Below, in pieces: positions 18,243 through 30,767 of a DNA stretch of 64,000 nt (position 1 is the first letter of the stretch; each line of letters opens with the position of its first letter). Position numbers and translations under genes: made by a program. The notes beneath the pieces were generated by a model, which did no database searches, was not told the DNA's origin, and saw only the letters and a program-made list of their open reading frames with translations. The stretch lies in NCBI GenBank assembly GCA_947494155.1, contig CANLTW010000004.1:1-64000 (forward strand). The letters run 5' to 3'. The stretch is from Chlamydiota bacterium. GTDB lineage: Bacteria; Chlamydiota; Chlamydiia; Chlamydiales; RGXB01.

Positions 18243-19424
18243 ATGGCAAAAGAGAGTTTTCAGCGTACGAAACCTCACGTAAATATCGGTACCATCGGAC
18301 ACGTTGACCATGGTAAAACAACTTTGACAGCTGCTATTACAAAAAACCAAGCAGACAAGAAGCTTGCGCAATTTAAAGCTTACGATCAAATCGATAAAGC
18401 TCCTGAGGAAAAAGCGCGTGGTATCACAATCAACGCAACACACGTTGAGTATGAAACTGTAACACGTCACTACGCTCACGTTGACTGCCCTGGTCACGCT
18501 GACTACGTAAAAAACATGATCACAGGTGCGGCTCAAATGGACGGAGCAATCCTCGTTGTTGCTGCAACAGATGGTCCAATGCCACAAACACGTGAGCACA
18601 TTCTTTTGGCTCGCCAAGTAGGCGTTCCTTCTATCGTTGTCTTCTTGAATAAAGTTGACATGATGGTAGGTGATGAAGAGTTGATCGACCTCGTTGAGTA
18701 CGAGATCACCGAGCTTCTCGAAAAATATGGCTACAAAGACTGTCCTATCATTCGCGGTTCCGGTCTTAGAGCTCTCGAAGGGGATGCTAAATATGTAGCT
18801 GCTATCGACCAGTTAATGGAAGCTGTTGATACACACATCAAGACTCCTGCTCGTGAAATCGATAAACCCTTCTGTCTTCCAATCGAAGATGTATTCTCCA
18901 TCTCCGGTCGCGGTACTGTTGTAACAGGCCGTTGCGAGCGTGGACAAGTACGCGTTGGTGAAGAGATGGAAATCATTGGATACGGTATCACCAAAAAGAC
19001 TACCGTAACTGGTGTCGAAATGTTCCAAAAGACTCTTGACTACGCAGAATCCGGCGAGAACGTTGGACTCCTCTTGCGTGGTATTGAGAAGAAAGACGTG
19101 CAACGTGGTCAAGTTGTAGCAAAACCTGGTACAATCAAGCCACACACAAAATTCACAGCTCAACTTTACGTTCTTACGAAAGAAGAGGGTGGAAGACATA
19201 AGCCTTTCTTCGAAGGGTACAGACCACAAGTTTACATCCGCACAGCTGACATCACTGCTACAGTCCACCTAATGGACGGTAAAGAGATGGTTATGCCAGG
19301 CGACAACTGCAACCTAACCGTTGAACTCCTTGCAAGCATGCCGCTTGAGAAAGGGATGAGATTCGCTCTCCGTGAAGGCGGAAGAACGATCGGTGCAGGA
19401 ACAGTTGTAGATATTCTTGTATAA
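18243..19424 (+). CDS. tuf: Elongation factor Tu
   Basis: [39 protein letters not shown]. Start placed at 18243 with RBS aaggag. Confidence 0.99.
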   Translation: MAKESFQRTKPHVNIGTIGHVDHGKTTLTAAITKNQADKKLAQFKAYDQIDKAPEEKARGITINATHVEYETVTRHYAHVDCPGHADYVKNMITGAAQMDGAILVVAATDGPMPQTREHILLARQVGVPSIVVFLNKVDMMVGDEELIDLVEYEITELLEKYGYKDCPIIRGSGLRALEGDAKYVAAIDQLMEAVDTHIKTPAREIDKPFCLPIEDVFSISGRGTVVTGRCERGQVRVGEEMEIIGYGITKKTTVTGVEMFQKTLDYAESGENVGLLLRGIEKKDVQRGQVVAKPGTIKPHTKFTAQLYVLTKEEGGRHKPFFEGYRPQVYIRTADITATVHLMDGKEMVMPGDNCNLTVELLASMPLEKGMRFALREGGRTIGAGTVVDILV

Positions 19425-19429
19425 TGCTA

Positions 19430-19460
19430 TTTTGGGGAGGCCGTTGTGGTCTCCCTAAAA
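19430..19460 (+). terminator. Stem-loop between tuf and tRNA-Trp (terminator or processing site)
   Basis: ttttggggaggcc-gttgt-ggtctccctaaaa inverted repeat. Confidence 0.5.
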
Positions 19461-19466
19461 ATTATT

Positions 19467-19539
19467 GGGTGCTTAGCTCAGCTGGTAGAGCGTCGGTCTC
19501 CAAAACCGCAGGTCGGGGGTTCGATCCCCTCAGCACTCG
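19467..19539 (+). tRNA. tRNA-Trp(CCA)
   Basis: GGGTGCT/AGCACTC acceptor, anticodon loop CTCCAAA, T-arm GGGGG-TTCGATC-CCCTC. Usual position before secE. Confidence 0.95.
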
Positions 19540-19563
19540 TTTATCTTCAAAAGAAGGTTTAAC

Positions 19564-19806
19564 ATGACATCTAAAACTGTCCAATTTCCTACAGCAAGTA
19601 ACGTGAATAAGAGTAGTTCTATGCTCGGTGATTTTAAATCAGAAATGCGTAAACTTTCTTGGCCTGCAAAAGCCGAGGTTGTACGTGGAACAAAAGCAGT
19701 TTTAGCATCACTTTTCGTATTTGGGATAGGGATCTATGTGGTGGATCTTGCGATCCGCGGGGCACTAAACCTTGTCCAGACGGCTGTGAATGTCTTATTT
19801 CGCTAA
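19564..19806 (+). CDS. secE: Preprotein translocase subunit SecE
   Basis: KSEMRKLSWP motif plus one TM helix, between tRNA-Trp and nusG. Confidence 0.92.
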   Translation: MTSKTVQFPTASNVNKSSSMLGDFKSEMRKLSWPAKAEVVRGTKAVLASLFVFGIGIYVVDLAIRGALNLVQTAVNVLFR

Positions 19807-19818
19807 TTAGGTACGTTC

Positions 19819-20361
19819 ATGCATCATTGGTACGTTGTACAGGTTATTTCTGGTCTGGAGAAAAAAGTAAAGAAATCCATTGAAGAAGGGCGAGCTCAGG
19901 CCGGTATGGAAACTGCTGTCGCTCAAGTGGTTTTGCCAACAGAGAACGTTTCTGAGGTAAAAAAAGGGCAGCAAAGGGTCGTTGAACGTAAAGTTTGGCC
20001 CGGCTACGTAATAATTCAGATGGAAATAAACGACGAGTCTTGGCAATATATTAAAAGCTTTGACGGAGTCATAGGATTTTTAGGGGGCGAAAAGCCGGTC
20101 CCCCTCTCAGACGCAGAGGTGCATACAATCCTCTCCGAGCTTGAGAATAAGCAAGGTGGTCTTGTGCACCGACACGATATTCGTGCAGGCGACAAGGTTA
20201 AAATTGTGGATGGGGTTTTTGAAACTTTTACCGGTACTGTTGTCGATTCTGACGCCAATAAAGGTAAACTCAATGTCCTCGTCTCTATTTTCGGTCGCGA
20301 GACCAAGGTCGAGCTCGAATTCTGGCAGGTCGAAAAGATCTACGGAGAGCAAGACCAATAA
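19819..20361 (+). CDS. nusG: Transcription factor NusG
   Basis: WYVVQV.SG.EKKV, PGYV, KOW motif GDKVKIVDG.F, VSIFGRET.VEL. Confidence 0.98.
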   Translation: MHHWYVVQVISGLEKKVKKSIEEGRAQAGMETAVAQVVLPTENVSEVKKGQQRVVERKVWPGYVIIQMEINDESWQYIKSFDGVIGFLGGEKPVPLSDAEVHTILSELENKQGGLVHRHDIRAGDKVKIVDGVFETFTGTVVDSDANKGKLNVLVSIFGRETKVELEFWQVEKIYGEQDQ

Positions 20362-20441
20362 ACAAGTTTTATGCAACGCAAGCTTAAATTTTAAGTTTTC
20401 ATTGCATAAATCAAACGTCTTAAAGACGACAAAGGAAAAAA

Positions 20442-20867
20442 ATGGCTAAAAAGGTTACTGGGACAATTAAATTGCAGCTCCCAGCAGGGAAAGCAAATCC
20501 CGCCCCACCTGTTGGTCCCGCGCTCGGTTCAAAGGGTGTCAATATCATGGCATTCTGTAAAGAGTTCAACGCGGCGACTCAGGCAAAGGCCGGGTCGATC
20601 ATCCCTGTTGTGATCACAGTTTATGCTGATAAATCGTTTACGTTTATCACAAAAAATCCCCCCGTTTCAAACCTGTTGTTGAAAGCTGTCGGTGCTGAAA
20701 AAGGATCGAAAACTCCCAACAGTGCGAAAGTGGGTAAAATCAAGCGGAGTGAAGTCCGCAAAATCGCTGAGCTTAAGCTTTCCGAAATGAACGCAGCTTC
20801 CCTTGAAGCGGCCGAACTGGTCGTTGCAGGGACAGCACGCTCCATGGGCATTGATGTAATTGACTAA
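20442..20867 (+). CDS. rplK: 50S ribosomal protein L11
   Basis: [29 protein letters not shown]. Confidence 0.99.
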   Translation: MAKKVTGTIKLQLPAGKANPAPPVGPALGSKGVNIMAFCKEFNAATQAKAGSIIPVVITVYADKSFTFITKNPPVSNLLLKAVGAEKGSKTPNSAKVGKIKRSEVRKIAELKLSEMNAASLEAAELVVAGTARSMGIDVID

Positions 20868-20880
20868 TGGAGGAGTGACT

Positions 20881-21570
20881 GTGGCAAAATTAAGCAAAAG
20901 AATGCGAGAGATCAAAAAATTTCTCGAAAATCGCTCCTTGACTGTTCAAGAGGCGGTTGACCATATTAAAAAAGAACCGAAAGTAAAGTTCGACGCTAGC
21001 GTGGATCTCAATATTTCCTTGAATGTTGATACCAAAAAAGCTGACCAGCAAGTTCGAACAAGCGTTGTTCTTCCACATGGTACCGGTAAAGCGGTGCGCG
21101 TTGTTGTTGTGACAAAAGACTTGGAGAAAGCGGCTCAAGCTAAGGCTAACGGTGCTATCGAAGCGGGCTCTCTAGAGCTTCTCGATCGCATGCAAGGCGG
21201 ATGGGTAGATTACGATCTTGTTATCGCATCTCCCGATGTTATGCGCGATTTTGCTAAGGTTGCAAAGGTTCTCGGTCCACGAGGGCTCATGCCAAACCCA
21301 AAATCGGGAACTGTAACCCAAGACGTGGTTGCAGCGACGGTTGAGGCTTGCAAAGGTAAAGTCGAGTTGAAGCCCGACAAAATGGGACAAGTGCATTTAA
21401 GAATCGGACGCTTATCGTTTGAGAAGGACAAGCTTGTAGAGAACGCAGAGGCGATTATCGCTGAGCTGATCAAAGCCAAGCCAAGAGCTCTCAAAGGTGC
21501 ATTTATTAAAAGTGTATACATGGCCTCTACCATGGGTGGAAGTCATCAATTAGCAGTTTCGGCGGAGTAA
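20881..21570 (+). CDS. rplA: 50S ribosomal protein L1
   Basis: VLPHGTGK, LGPRGLMPNPKSGTVT, STMG. GTG start at 20881 with RBS ggagga. Confidence 0.98.
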   Translation: MAKLSKRMREIKKFLENRSLTVQEAVDHIKKEPKVKFDASVDLNISLNVDTKKADQQVRTSVVLPHGTGKAVRVVVVTKDLEKAAQAKANGAIEAGSLELLDRMQGGWVDYDLVIASPDVMRDFAKVAKVLGPRGLMPNPKSGTVTQDVVAATVEACKGKVELKPDKMGQVHLRIGRLSFEKDKLVENAEAIIAELIKAKPRALKGAFIKSVYMASTMGGSHQLAVSAE

Positions 21571-21575
21571 GAACC

Positions 21576-22094
21576 ATGAGGAAAGAGAAAGAGTATCTTC
21601 TAGAAGAGATCGCAGGTTCGATTCCTCAAGGATCTAATCTTGTTCTTGTCAATTACGGCAAAATGGAGCCCAATAAGACTCACGATTTCCGTCGTAGGAT
21701 TTCTAAAGTCGGTGGACGCTACCTAGTCGTAAAAAAACGTATTTTCCGCAAAGCTGCGGAAACAAAAGGGATGAAAATAGACATTTCCCACCTTAAAGGA
21801 AATGTCGGTTTTGTTGTTGCTAATGATAATTTTCTTGAGGCGACCAAAGAACTTTATAGTTTCAGAACTGATAATAAGGATCTGATCGAAGTTCTTGGTG
21901 GCCATTTTGAAGGGAGCTTCTGCTCACCAGCTCAAGTGGAATTAATATCTAAGCTACCAAGCCTACCAGAAATGCGCGCACAATTCCTCGGAACGCTCGA
22001 GGCGCCGCTTTCACACACATTAGGTGCTATTGAGGCTGTATTGACCTCAGTCATCTACTGCTTGGACAACAAAGCTAAAGATCAACAATCATGA
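21576..22094 (+). CDS. rplJ: 50S ribosomal protein L10
   Basis: Position, plus VVKKRIF and SKLPSLPEMRAQFLG motifs. Confidence 0.95.
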   Translation: MRKEKEYLLEEIAGSIPQGSNLVLVNYGKMEPNKTHDFRRRISKVGGRYLVVKKRIFRKAAETKGMKIDISHLKGNVGFVVANDNFLEATKELYSFRTDNKDLIEVLGGHFEGSFCSPAQVELISKLPSLPEMRAQFLGTLEAPLSHTLGAIEAVLTSVIYCLDNKAKDQQS

Positions 22095-22109
22095 TTTTGG
22101 AGAAGTAAC

Positions 22110-22508
22110 GTGAGTAAACATACTTTAGATCAACTCGTAGACGAGCTAAGCGCTCTTACTGTTCTTGAAATGGCTGAACTCAAAACCAAACTTGAAGATA
22201 AGTGGGGAGTCAAAGCATCAGCAGGTGTTGCTATGATGGCAGGACCAGCAGCAGGCGGAGCAGCAGCTCCAGCAGCTGAAGCTGAAGCACAAGAGTTCAT
22301 CGTAACACTTGAGCCAGTTGATGCTGACAAGAAAGTAGCCGCGATTAAAGTTGTGCGTGAAATCACAGGTCTTGGCCTTAAAGAGGCTAAAGAGCTTGTA
22401 GAAGCAGCGCCAAAAGCGGTGAAAGAGCAGCTCAACAAGGCTGATGCACAAGCCCTCGCTAAAAAGTTTGAGGACGTGCAAATTAAAGTTACAGTTAAAG
22501 CAATGTAG
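22110..22508 (+). CDS. rplL: 50S ribosomal protein L7/L12
   Basis: [17 protein letters not shown], Ala-rich hinge, [20 protein letters not shown]. Confidence 0.98.
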   Translation: MSKHTLDQLVDELSALTVLEMAELKTKLEDKWGVKASAGVAMMAGPAAGGAAAPAAEAEAQEFIVTLEPVDADKKVAAIKVVREITGLGLKEAKELVEAAPKAVKEQLNKADAQALAKKFEDVQIKVTVKAM

Positions 22509-22531
22509 TTTTTGTTTTAGTTAGTAGTTAT

Positions 22532-22568
22532 AGGCAAAGCAAAAGAACACTGTTTTTTTGCTTTGCCT
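22532..22568 (+). terminator. Attenuator/terminator hairpin between rplL and rpoB
   Basis: aggcaaagcaaaagaac/gtttttttgctttgcct long inverted repeat. Confidence 0.65.
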
Positions 22569-22610
22569 TATTCAATTTTCTTTGGGAATCACTCAGATTC
22601 GGGGTTTTAA

Positions 22611-25600
22611 ATGGCTATTAGACCACCTCAGAGGGTCAGTTTACAGAAACGGCAAGAGATTATCGATTTGCCGAATTTGATTGAAGTACAAATCAAATCC
22701 TACCAACAGTTCCTACAAAACGATCGTCTTGCAGACGAGAGAGATAGTATAGGGCTCGAAGAGGTTTTCAGAGAGGTATTTCCGATCAAATCGTACGACG
22801 AAAAGATCATCCTCGAATACCTATCGTACAACTTAGGGGTACCTAAATACACACCGGAAGAGTGTATTAAAAGAGGTATTACATACAATTCCGCATTAAA
22901 AGCTAAATTCAGACTTACCGATGAGACCGGTATCAAGGAGGAGGAGGTCTATTTAGGGACTTTGCCTCTCATGACGCAAAGGGGAACCTTTGTAGTCAAT
23001 GGTGCCGAGCGCGTCATCGTCTCCCAATTGCATCGTTCGCCGGGCATTTGCTTTGAGCAGGACAAGCATCCAAAAGGGAACATTCTTTACTCTTTCCGTA
23101 TTATTCCTTATAGAGGAAGCTGGTTAGAGGCTTCTTTTGACATCAACGACCACGTTTATATCTACGCTGATAAAAAGAAAAGACGTCGCAAAATTTTGGC
23201 GACTTCATTCATCCGTACACTCGGTTTCTCTACAAACGCAGACATTATTGAAGAGTTCTTCGAGACAAGAAAAGTCAAAATCCGCTCAGAAAAAGAGTTT
23301 GCCAAAATTGTAGGAAAAATCTTGGCAGAGGACGTAGTGGACGAAGCTACGAATACTGTTTTCGGAAAAGCATCTGAAAAGCTTACAACCGCAATGTTGA
23401 AGCGTATCTTTGATGCTAATATCACTACTCTCAAAATTGCAGAGGATGCAGACGAAACGTCACCTATTATCAAAATGTTAGCAAAAGATCCTACGGACTC
23501 TTACGAATCCGCTCTAAAGGATTTTTATCGCAAGTTGAGACCAGGCGAACCGGCTACCCTCTCCAATGCTCGCTCAGTGATGATGCGTCTTTTCTTCGAT
23601 CCGAAAAGATACAATCTCGGTCGTGTTGGTCGCTACAAGATGAACAAAAAGCTCTCAGTTGAGACTAACGACGAAGCCCTTAATGTTGTCACTTTGAAAA
23701 AAGAGGACATCATTTTGGCGTTGAAGTATCTTATCCGCTTAAAGAACGGAGATCCACAAGCGCAAATCGACGATATCGATCACCTTGCTAATCGCCGCGT
23801 GCGCTCAGTAGGGGAGTTGGTGCAGAACCAGTGCCGTATCGGTTTTGTTCGTATGGAAAAGATCATTCGTGAGAGAATGAACCTTTTTGATTTCTCATCA
23901 GACACCCTAACTCCAGGCAAAGCGATTTCTGCCAGAGGTCTCCAAGGGGCAATCAAGGATTTCTTTGGTCGCTCGCAACTTTCCCAGTTCATGGATCAGA
24001 CCAACCCGATCGCTGAATTGACACATAAACGTCGTCTTTCCAGTTTAGGTCCTGGTGGATTGAACAGAGATCGTGCTGGATTCGAGGTTCGCGACGTCCA
24101 CCCGAGCCATTATGGTCGTGTTTGTCCGATTGAGACTCCAGAGGGACCGAACATCGGTTTGATCACTTCGTTGTCTTCGTTTGCGAAAATCAACGAATTT
24201 GGTTTTGTTGAGACACCCTATCGGATAGTGCGAGAGGGGATTGTTACCGATGAGATCGAGTACATGACTGCAGACATGGAAGAAAAATGTGTGATTGCTC
24301 AGGCTTCAGCCCATCTCGATGAACACAACATGTTTACTGAGGATTTTTGCTGGGCGCGCTTTAAAGGGGAGTCTTTGAAGATCGAATCCTCTAAAGTAAC
24401 GCACATGGACGTTTCACCACGTCAGCTTGTTTCAGTTGTTACAGGTTTAATCCCTTTCCTAGAGCATGACGACGCTAACCGTGCCTTGATGGGATCTAAC
24501 ATGCAACGCCAAGCCGTACCCCTATTGATTACTGATGCTCCAGTTGTTGGAACAGGGATCGAGAAACGCGCTGCAACAGATTCCTGCGCTGTGATTATTG
24601 CGCAAGAAGCTGGAGAGGTGGAGTACGTAGACGGTTACAAAATTGTGATCGCTCCGGAGAGAAGCCCGTTAAGCAAGAAGGTCTACCCACTTGTCAAATT
24701 CATGCGTTCCAACTCAGGCACTTGTATTAACCAAACTCCTCTCGTTTCGGTAGGAGACAAGGTAGTAGCAGGTGACGTTTTAGCAGATGGTCCGGCAACC
24801 GACAAAGGAGAAGTAGCTCTTGGTAAAAACGTGCTAGTTGCCTTCATGCCTTGGTGCGGATACAACTACGAAGATGCGATCATTATCTCAGAGGAGTTGA
24901 TTCGTAAGGATTACTACACCTCTATTTACCTCGAAGAGTTCGAGCTTACAGCCCGTGATACGAAGCTAGGTAAAGAAGAGATCACTCGCGATATTCCGAA
25001 TGTCTCGGAAGAGGCTTTGGCGAATCTTGGCGATGACGGTATTATCCGTATTGGAGCCGAGGTGAAACCCGGGGATATCCTTGTAGGAAAAATCACTCCA
25101 AAATCGGAAACTGAACTTTCCCCAGAAGAGCGTCTTTTAAGAGCGATTTTCGGCGAAAAGGCGGCGGATGTGAAGGATGCATCACTGACAGTTCCTGTCG
25201 GGACTGAGGGTGTTGTAATGGATGTGCGCGTTTTTTCACGTGTAGATCGTCTATCCAAAACGGACGATGAGCGTGTTGAAGAGCGTAGTCAAATTCAAGA
25301 TATACACAAGTCCTACAAAGAAAAAGAGATCGAAATCACAGTCGAAATGCACGAAAAGCTGGGAGCGCTTCTTATCGATGAGAAAGCACCTGAGCCCATC
25401 ATGCACAAAAAGACAGGCGAAGTGATCATCCGATCTGGCCAGGTATTTACTCAAGATCTTCTAGAGTCTATCGAGTCAGTCCCACTAGCTGATCTTATCG
25501 TCCCCTATTCCGATCTCTATGAGACTATGAAATCGATTCTTAGAGAATTCCATGGAAAAATGGAAGAACTTGATTCGAAGTACAAATCGGAAGTGGAGCA

Positions 25601-26387
25601 TCTCAAAAAAGGGGATACCGAGCTTGAGGCAGGGGTAATCCGTCAGGTTAAAGTCTATATTGCGACAAAGCGCAAGCTGCAAGTCGGAGATAAGATGGCT
25701 GGACGTCACGGTAACAAAGGGGTGGTCTCCAAGATCGTTCCAGAGTGTGATATGCCATACCTTGAGGATGGAACTCCAATCCAAATTATTTTGAACCCAC
25801 TCGGGGTACCATCCCGTATGAACTTGGGGCAGATGTTGGAGACTCACTTGGGATTCGTAGCCAAGAAGAAGGGGATTTACGTAAAGAGCCCTGTCTTCGA
25901 AGGTTTCCCGGAAAAAGAGATTTGGAAAATGTTCGAGGATCTCGACATGGAACCCGATGGTAAGTCCTATCTTTATGATGGACGCACAGGGGAGCGCTTC
26001 GACAACAAGGCTGTAGTCGGATACATTTATATGTTGAAACTCTCACACCTTGTTGCGGATAAGATCCACGCTCGTGCGATCGGACCCTATTCTCTCGTTA
26101 CGCAACAGCCTCTTGGAGGTAAAGCGCAACGGGGAGGTCAGCGTTTCGGTGAGATGGAGGTATGGGCGCTTGAAGCATACGGCGCTGCCAACCTTCTCCA
26201 AGAGATGCTCACGGTGAAGTCGGATGACGTTGACGGAAGAACACGCATCTACGCTTCGATCGTTAAAGGAGATAATATTCTTCAGGCCGGTACACCTGAA
26301 TCTTTCAACGTTCTTGTAAAAGAGATGCAAGGATTGGGATTGGATATACGCGGATTTGTTGAAACGCCAGTAGAGGCTCTAGCTTAA
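22611..26387 (+). CDS. rpoB: RNA polymerase beta subunit
   Basis: [33 protein letters not shown]. Chlamydia-type N-terminus. Confidence 0.99.
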   Translation: MAIRPPQRVSLQKRQEIIDLPNLIEVQIKSYQQFLQNDRLADERDSIGLEEVFREVFPIKSYDEKIILEYLSYNLGVPKYTPEECIKRGITYNSALKAKFRLTDETGIKEEEVYLGTLPLMTQRGTFVVNGAERVIVSQLHRSPGICFEQDKHPKGNILYSFRIIPYRGSWLEASFDINDHVYIYADKKKRRRKILATSFIRTLGFSTNADIIEEFFETRKVKIRSEKEFAKIVGKILAEDVVDEATNTVFGKASEKLTTAMLKRIFDANITTLKIAEDADETSPIIKMLAKDPTDSYESALKDFYRKLRPGEPATLSNARSVMMRLFFDPKRYNLGRVGRYKMNKKLSVETNDEALNVVTLKKEDIILALKYLIRLKNGDPQAQIDDIDHLANRRVRSVGELVQNQCRIGFVRMEKIIRERMNLFDFSSDTLTPGKAISARGLQGAIKDFFGRSQLSQFMDQTNPIAELTHKRRLSSLGPGGLNRDRAGFEVRDVHPSHYGRVCPIETPEGPNIGLITSLSSFAKINEFGFVETPYRIVREGIVTDEIEYMTADMEEKCVIAQASAHLDEHNMFTEDFCWARFKGESLKIESSKVTHMDVSPRQLVSVVTGLIPFLEHDDANRALMGSNMQRQAVPLLITDAPVVGTGIEKRAATDSCAVIIAQEAGEVEYVDGYKIVIAPERSPLSKKVYPLVKFMRSNSGTCINQTPLVSVGDKVVAGDVLADGPATDKGEVALGKNVLVAFMPWCGYNYEDAIIISEELIRKDYYTSIYLEEFELTARDTKLGKEEITRDIPNVSEEALANLGDDGIIRIGAEVKPGDILVGKITPKSETELSPEERLLRAIFGEKAADVKDASLTVPVGTEGVVMDVRVFSRVDRLSKTDDERVEERSQIQDIHKSYKEKEIEITVEMHEKLGALLIDEKAPEPIMHKKTGEVIIRSGQVFTQDLLESIESVPLADLIVPYSDLYETMKSILREFHGKMEELDSKYKSEVEHLKKGDTELEAGVIRQVKVYIATKRKLQVGDKMAGRHGNKGVVSKIVPECDMPYLEDGTPIQIILNPLGVPSRMNLGQMLETHLGFVAKKKGIYVKSPVFEGFPEKEIWKMFEDLDMEPDGKSYLYDGRTGERFDNKAVVGYIYMLKLSHLVADKIHARAIGPYSLVTQQPLGGKAQRGGQRFGEMEVWALEAYGAANLLQEMLTVKSDDVDGRTRIYASIVKGDNILQAGTPESFNVLVKEMQGLGLDIRGFVETPVEALA

Positions 26388-26396
26388 AGGTAGAAA

Positions 26397-29300
26397 ATGC
26401 ATCAAAAAGAAGAACAACTACACGAACAGCACTTTGATCACCTCTCCATTCGTATCGCCTCTGATGAGGTGATACGTGGTAGCTGGTCACGTGGTGAGAT
26501 TAAGAAATCTGAAACGATCAACTACCGTACAAGCAAGCCTGAGAAAGGGGGTCTTTTCTGTGAAAAGATCTTCGGACCTACGAGGGATTGGGAGTGTGCC
26601 TGCGGTAAGTACAAAAAAATCAAGCATAAAGGGATTGTTTGCGATCGTTGCGGCGTTGAGGTTACCCTATCTAAGGTACGTCGTGAGCGGATGGCACATA
26701 TTGACCTTGCTGTGCCTGTTGTGCACATCTGGTTTTTTAAGAGCCAACCATCACGCATCGGCAATCTCCTTGGGATGTCCTCCGGGGATCTTGAGCGTAT
26801 CATCTATTATGAGGAGTATGTTGTTGTAGATCCAGGTCGCACAACTCTTGAGAAAAAGCAACTTCTCACCGACATTGAGTATAGAGAAGCGCAAGAAAAG
26901 TGGGGAGCTGAGTCTTTTAAAGCGATGATGGGTGGCGATGCTATCCGTCAACTCTTGAACACAGAGGATTTGCAAGCGACTGTTGTGGAGCTCAAAGAGA
27001 AGCTTAAAAAGACCAAATCAACGCAAGCGCGTATGAAGATTGCGAAGCGACTCAAAATTGTTGAGGGATTCACCAACTCTGACAATAAATCGGAGTGGAT
27101 GGTCATGGCGGCAGTTCCGGTGATTCCACCAGATCTACGCCCTTTAGTTCCGCTTGATGGGGGCAGATTCGCCACTTCAGACCTCAACGACCTTTACCGT
27201 CGCGTCATCAACAGAAACAACCGTTTGAAGTCCATCTTAAAACTCAAGACTCCTGACGTGATTATCCGTAACGAAAAGCGTATGTTGCAAGAGGCAGTAG
27301 ACGCCCTTTTCGATAACGGTCGTCATGGCCACCCCGTTATGGGAGCCGGGAATCGCCCATTGAAATCCCTAAGCGAAATGCTTAAAGGGAAACAGGGGCG
27401 TTTCCGTCAAAACCTTTTGGGTAAACGTGTCGACTACTCAGGCCGTTCGGTAATTGTGGTGGGTCCTGAGCTTAAGCTCAACCAGTGCGGTTTGCCAAAA
27501 CAGATGGCTTTGGAACTCTTTGAGCCTTTTATCGTGAAAAAACTCAAAGATGACGGACATGTCTACACTATCCGATCTGCTAAAAAAATGATCCATAGAG
27601 AAGAGCCTGTAGTATGGGACGCTTTGGAAGAGGTGATCAAAGGTCACCCTGTTCTTCTGAACCGTGCTCCTACATTGCACCGTCTCGGGGTTCAGGCATT
27701 TGAGCCGGTTTTGATCGAAGGTAAGGCCTTGCGCATCCATCCTCTCGTTTGTACCGCTTTCAACGCCGACTTCGACGGAGACCAGATGGCTGTCCACGTA
27801 CCGTTGTCTATCGAAGCTCAGATTGAAGCGAAAGTTTTGATGATGGCTCCTGACAACATCTTCTTGCCCTCAAGTGGTAAGCCGGTCGCGATCCCTTCAC
27901 AGGACATGATCCTAGGTCTTTACTATATGATGCACGATCCTGTGATCAAGCGTGAGGAAATGGGGGGGAAAACAAAGGTATTTGCCAACACTGACGAGGT
28001 GCTGTTAGCCCTCAACAGCGCAGGCAGCTACTCGATGTTTGAAGAGCGCCAGGAGGGTCAGCGTATTGATGATCTTGGACGAGGAATTCATATCCACGAG
28101 TCTATCAAGGTAAAACTTGAGGATGGTTTTGTTGAAACGACACCCGGAAGAGTGCTTTTCAATACTATTGTACCTAAAGAGCTCGGTTTCCAAAACTACT
28201 CTTTACGTAAGAAAAAGCTCGGCGAACTGGTAAATCAGGTCTACAAAACTGTGGGTCTTGAAAGGACTGTCCGTTTTCTAGATGATTTGAAAAACCTCGG
28301 GTTTAGCCAGGCAACTAAATCTTCTATCTCTATGGGTGTTGTAGATGTGCACATTCCGCAGATCAAAGAGAAGCTTCTTAAAGAGGCAGAGAAGAAGGTT
28401 GCTGTAGTGATCAAGCAGTACGAGGATGGAGTCATCACAGAAGGGGAGCGAAAGTCCAAAATCATCAGTATCTGGACGGACGTAACCGAGGAGATTTCCG
28501 AAGAGCTCTTCAAGCGTATCACTACGCCAAAAGGCTCTAAGTTGAATCCTCTTTATATGATGATGGATTCCGGAGCTCGTGGTAACAAGTCTCAGGTGCG
28601 ACAGCTTGGTTCTCTTAGAGGTTTGATGGCGAAACCATCAGGCGAGATCATCGAATCTCCGATCACCTCTAACTTCCGTGAAGGGTTGAGCGTTTTGGAA
28701 TACTTCATTTCTGCTCACGGTGCCCGCAAAGGTCTTGCCGATACGGCATTGAAAACTGCCGACTCCGGTTACCTAACACGCCGTCTTGTAGACGTAGCGC
28801 AGGATGTCCTTGTAAATGAGGAGGACTGTGGCACGTTGAACGGGATTGAGGTTGCTGCGATTAAGCAGGGGACAGAGGATCTGTTGCCACTCAGAGACCG
28901 CCTGTATGGTCGCTGCGTGACAGACGATGTCTTCATGCCTGGAGACAGCAAGGTGATTCTCGCAAAAGCCGGGGACATCCTCTCTATCCATCAAGCAGAA
29001 GCGATCGAGAATGCCGGTATTGAGAGCCTTAAGGTGCGCTCAACGCTCACTTGTGAATCCAAGCGTGGTATCTGTGCGAAGTGCTATGGTATCAATCTTG
29101 CCAACGGGCGTAAGGTAAACCATGGTGAGGCTGTAGGTATTATCGCCGCGCAATCGATCGGTGAACCCGGTACTCAGTTGACGATGCGTACGTTCCACTT
29201 AGGAGGTATTGCGTCCGCTAGCCAGAATCCCGAGTTGATTACCGATAAAGAGGGTATCTTGGTCTACCACGATATCCGATCAGTACGTGACGAAGAGGAT

Positions 29301-30590
29301 GCTGAGCTTGTATTGAACAAGCATGGGCGTGCTTACATCGTGCGTGATGAGGGGAGACCTCTTGAGGAATTGAAGAAGCTCCTTGCGACTAAGTCGATTG
29401 AGCCTCTCTCTACCTACCCTATCGAGCTTGGTACACAGCTTTTAGTTCGTGACGGAAGTGCCGTGAAAGCGGGATTGAAGTTTGCGCTCTGTGAGCAGCA
29501 TAACATTCCGATTATCTGTGAAAAAGAGGGATTTGTCCGTTTTGATGACCTCGTTGAGGGGATCTCGACGCAAAAAACTGTCAATAAAGAGACGGGGCAA
29601 ACCGAGATCTATGTGAAGCAGCACCGTGGAGAATTGCACCCGCAAATTTCCATCTACTCGGATGCTACCTTCAAAGATCTGATCGGTAGCTATGCTATAC
29701 CTTCAGGTGCGTATCTTTCTGTTGAGGAGGCGGCTTTTGTGAAAGCAGGTCAAAAACTTGCGCGTCTTCCAAAGGGTGCCGTTACAACTAAAGACATCAC
29801 CGGTGGTCTGTTCCGTGTTGCAAAGCTTTTTGAGGCTAGCAAACCTGCAGATGCCGCTGAAATTGCAAAGATTGACGGTATTGTTCAGCTGAAAGGCGTA
29901 CAAAAGAACAAACGTATTGTCGTCGTTGTCGATGAAGTTACCGGAGCCGAAGAAGAGCATCACATTCCGTTGACCAAACACCTGATCGTCCAAAAAGGGG
30001 ATCGTGTAGAAAAAGGGCAACAGATCACTGAGGGTGCAGTTCGTCTACAAGAGATTCTTGAGGTTTGCGGTGTCCGTGAGCTGCAGAAGTTCCTTGTAAA
30101 CCAGGTACAAGAGGTATATCGTCTTCAAGGGGTAGACATCAACGATAAACACATTGAGATTATCGTACGTCAAATGCTCCAAAAAATACGCATTACCGAT
30201 CCGGGTGATACGACATTCTTATACGGTGAGGATATTGATAAACGCACATTCCATGCGCAAAACAAGCAAGTGATTGCCGAAGGTGGAAAACCTGCAGAAG
30301 CAGCTCCAGTCCTTTTAGGTATTACAAAAGCTTCTTTGGGCACGGAGTCCTTCTTCTCTGCAGCATCGTTCCAGGAGACTACAAAAGTCCTTACCGATGC
30401 CGCTTGCGAAGGAAAGAGCGATTATCTCCTCGACTTCAAGTCTAACATTATCGTAGGGCAACAGGTTCCTTCCGGAACAGGTCACCAGATTTATATTGAT
30501 CGACTGAAAAAGAATTTGGGCGGAGACGATATCGAGACCCTCGATTTCGACTTTGATCGGGTTCCCGAGTTAGTTGCAACAGCCGGCTAA
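26397..30590 (+). CDS. rpoC: RNA polymerase beta-prime subunit
   Basis: [12 protein letters not shown] catalytic motif, Zn-binding cysteines, [13 protein letters not shown]. Confidence 0.99.
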   Translation: MHQKEEQLHEQHFDHLSIRIASDEVIRGSWSRGEIKKSETINYRTSKPEKGGLFCEKIFGPTRDWECACGKYKKIKHKGIVCDRCGVEVTLSKVRRERMAHIDLAVPVVHIWFFKSQPSRIGNLLGMSSGDLERIIYYEEYVVVDPGRTTLEKKQLLTDIEYREAQEKWGAESFKAMMGGDAIRQLLNTEDLQATVVELKEKLKKTKSTQARMKIAKRLKIVEGFTNSDNKSEWMVMAAVPVIPPDLRPLVPLDGGRFATSDLNDLYRRVINRNNRLKSILKLKTPDVIIRNEKRMLQEAVDALFDNGRHGHPVMGAGNRPLKSLSEMLKGKQGRFRQNLLGKRVDYSGRSVIVVGPELKLNQCGLPKQMALELFEPFIVKKLKDDGHVYTIRSAKKMIHREEPVVWDALEEVIKGHPVLLNRAPTLHRLGVQAFEPVLIEGKALRIHPLVCTAFNADFDGDQMAVHVPLSIEAQIEAKVLMMAPDNIFLPSSGKPVAIPSQDMILGLYYMMHDPVIKREEMGGKTKVFANTDEVLLALNSAGSYSMFEERQEGQRIDDLGRGIHIHESIKVKLEDGFVETTPGRVLFNTIVPKELGFQNYSLRKKKLGELVNQVYKTVGLERTVRFLDDLKNLGFSQATKSSISMGVVDVHIPQIKEKLLKEAEKKVAVVIKQYEDGVITEGERKSKIISIWTDVTEEISEELFKRITTPKGSKLNPLYMMMDSGARGNKSQVRQLGSLRGLMAKPSGEIIESPITSNFREGLSVLEYFISAHGARKGLADTALKTADSGYLTRRLVDVAQDVLVNEEDCGTLNGIEVAAIKQGTEDLLPLRDRLYGRCVTDDVFMPGDSKVILAKAGDILSIHQAEAIENAGIESLKVRSTLTCESKRGICAKCYGINLANGRKVNHGEAVGIIAAQSIGEPGTQLTMRTFHLGGIASASQNPELITDKEGILVYHDIRSVRDEEDAELVLNKHGRAYIVRDEGRPLEELKKLLATKSIEPLSTYPIELGTQLLVRDGSAVKAGLKFALCEQHNIPIICEKEGFVRFDDLVEGISTQKTVNKETGQTEIYVKQHRGELHPQISIYSDATFKDLIGSYAIPSGAYLSVEEAAFVKAGQKLARLPKGAVTTKDITGGLFRVAKLFEASKPADAAEIAKIDGIVQLKGVQKNKRIVVVVDEVTGAEEEHHIPLTKHLIVQKGDRVEKGQQITEGAVRLQEILEVCGVRELQKFLVNQVQEVYRLQGVDINDKHIEIIVRQMLQKIRITDPGDTTFLYGEDIDKRTFHAQNKQVIAEGGKPAEAAPVLLGITKASLGTESFFSAASFQETTKVLTDAACEGKSDYLLDFKSNIIVGQQVPSGTGHQIYIDRLKKNLGGDDIETLDFDFDRVPELVATAG

Positions 30591-30594
30591 AACT

Positions 30595-30622
30595 AAAGGC
30601 CTCTCTCTTGAGAGGCCTTTTT
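30595..30622 (+). terminator. Intrinsic terminator of rpoBC
   Basis: aaaggcctctc-tctt-gagaggccttt followed by a T tract. Confidence 0.85.
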
Positions 30623-30707
30623 CATTCCAATCGATCTAGGGGTAACCCTAGACGCTTCAGACTAAAAAAAATTCTAATAATTTTCCAGGTAAATCCCTCC
30701 CGTTTGG

Positions 30708-30736
30708 TTGCCAATAATTTAATATTTTACTATAAT
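30708..30736 (+). promoter_or_regulatory. Near-consensus sigma66 promoter for the AvrB-like gene
   Basis: TTGCCA-N17-TATAAT ending 31 nt before ATG 30768. Confidence 0.7.
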
Positions 30737-30767
30737 TTCTATGATTTTGACTGAATTTGAGTAAAAT

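Noticed and set aside
21570..21576. Missing L10 leader RNA between rplA and rplJ
   Set aside because: Tight rplA-rplJ spacing occurs in many lineages and is not distinctive.
23960..24060. Rifampicin-resistance changes in RpoB cluster I
   Set aside because: [12 protein letters not shown]...[10 protein letters not shown] keeps the usual sensitive Q, D, H, R and S residues.
18219..30020. Many antisense ORFs within tuf, the ribosomal protein genes and rpoBC
   Set aside because: Shadow frames of highly expressed genes, with no recognisable motifs.
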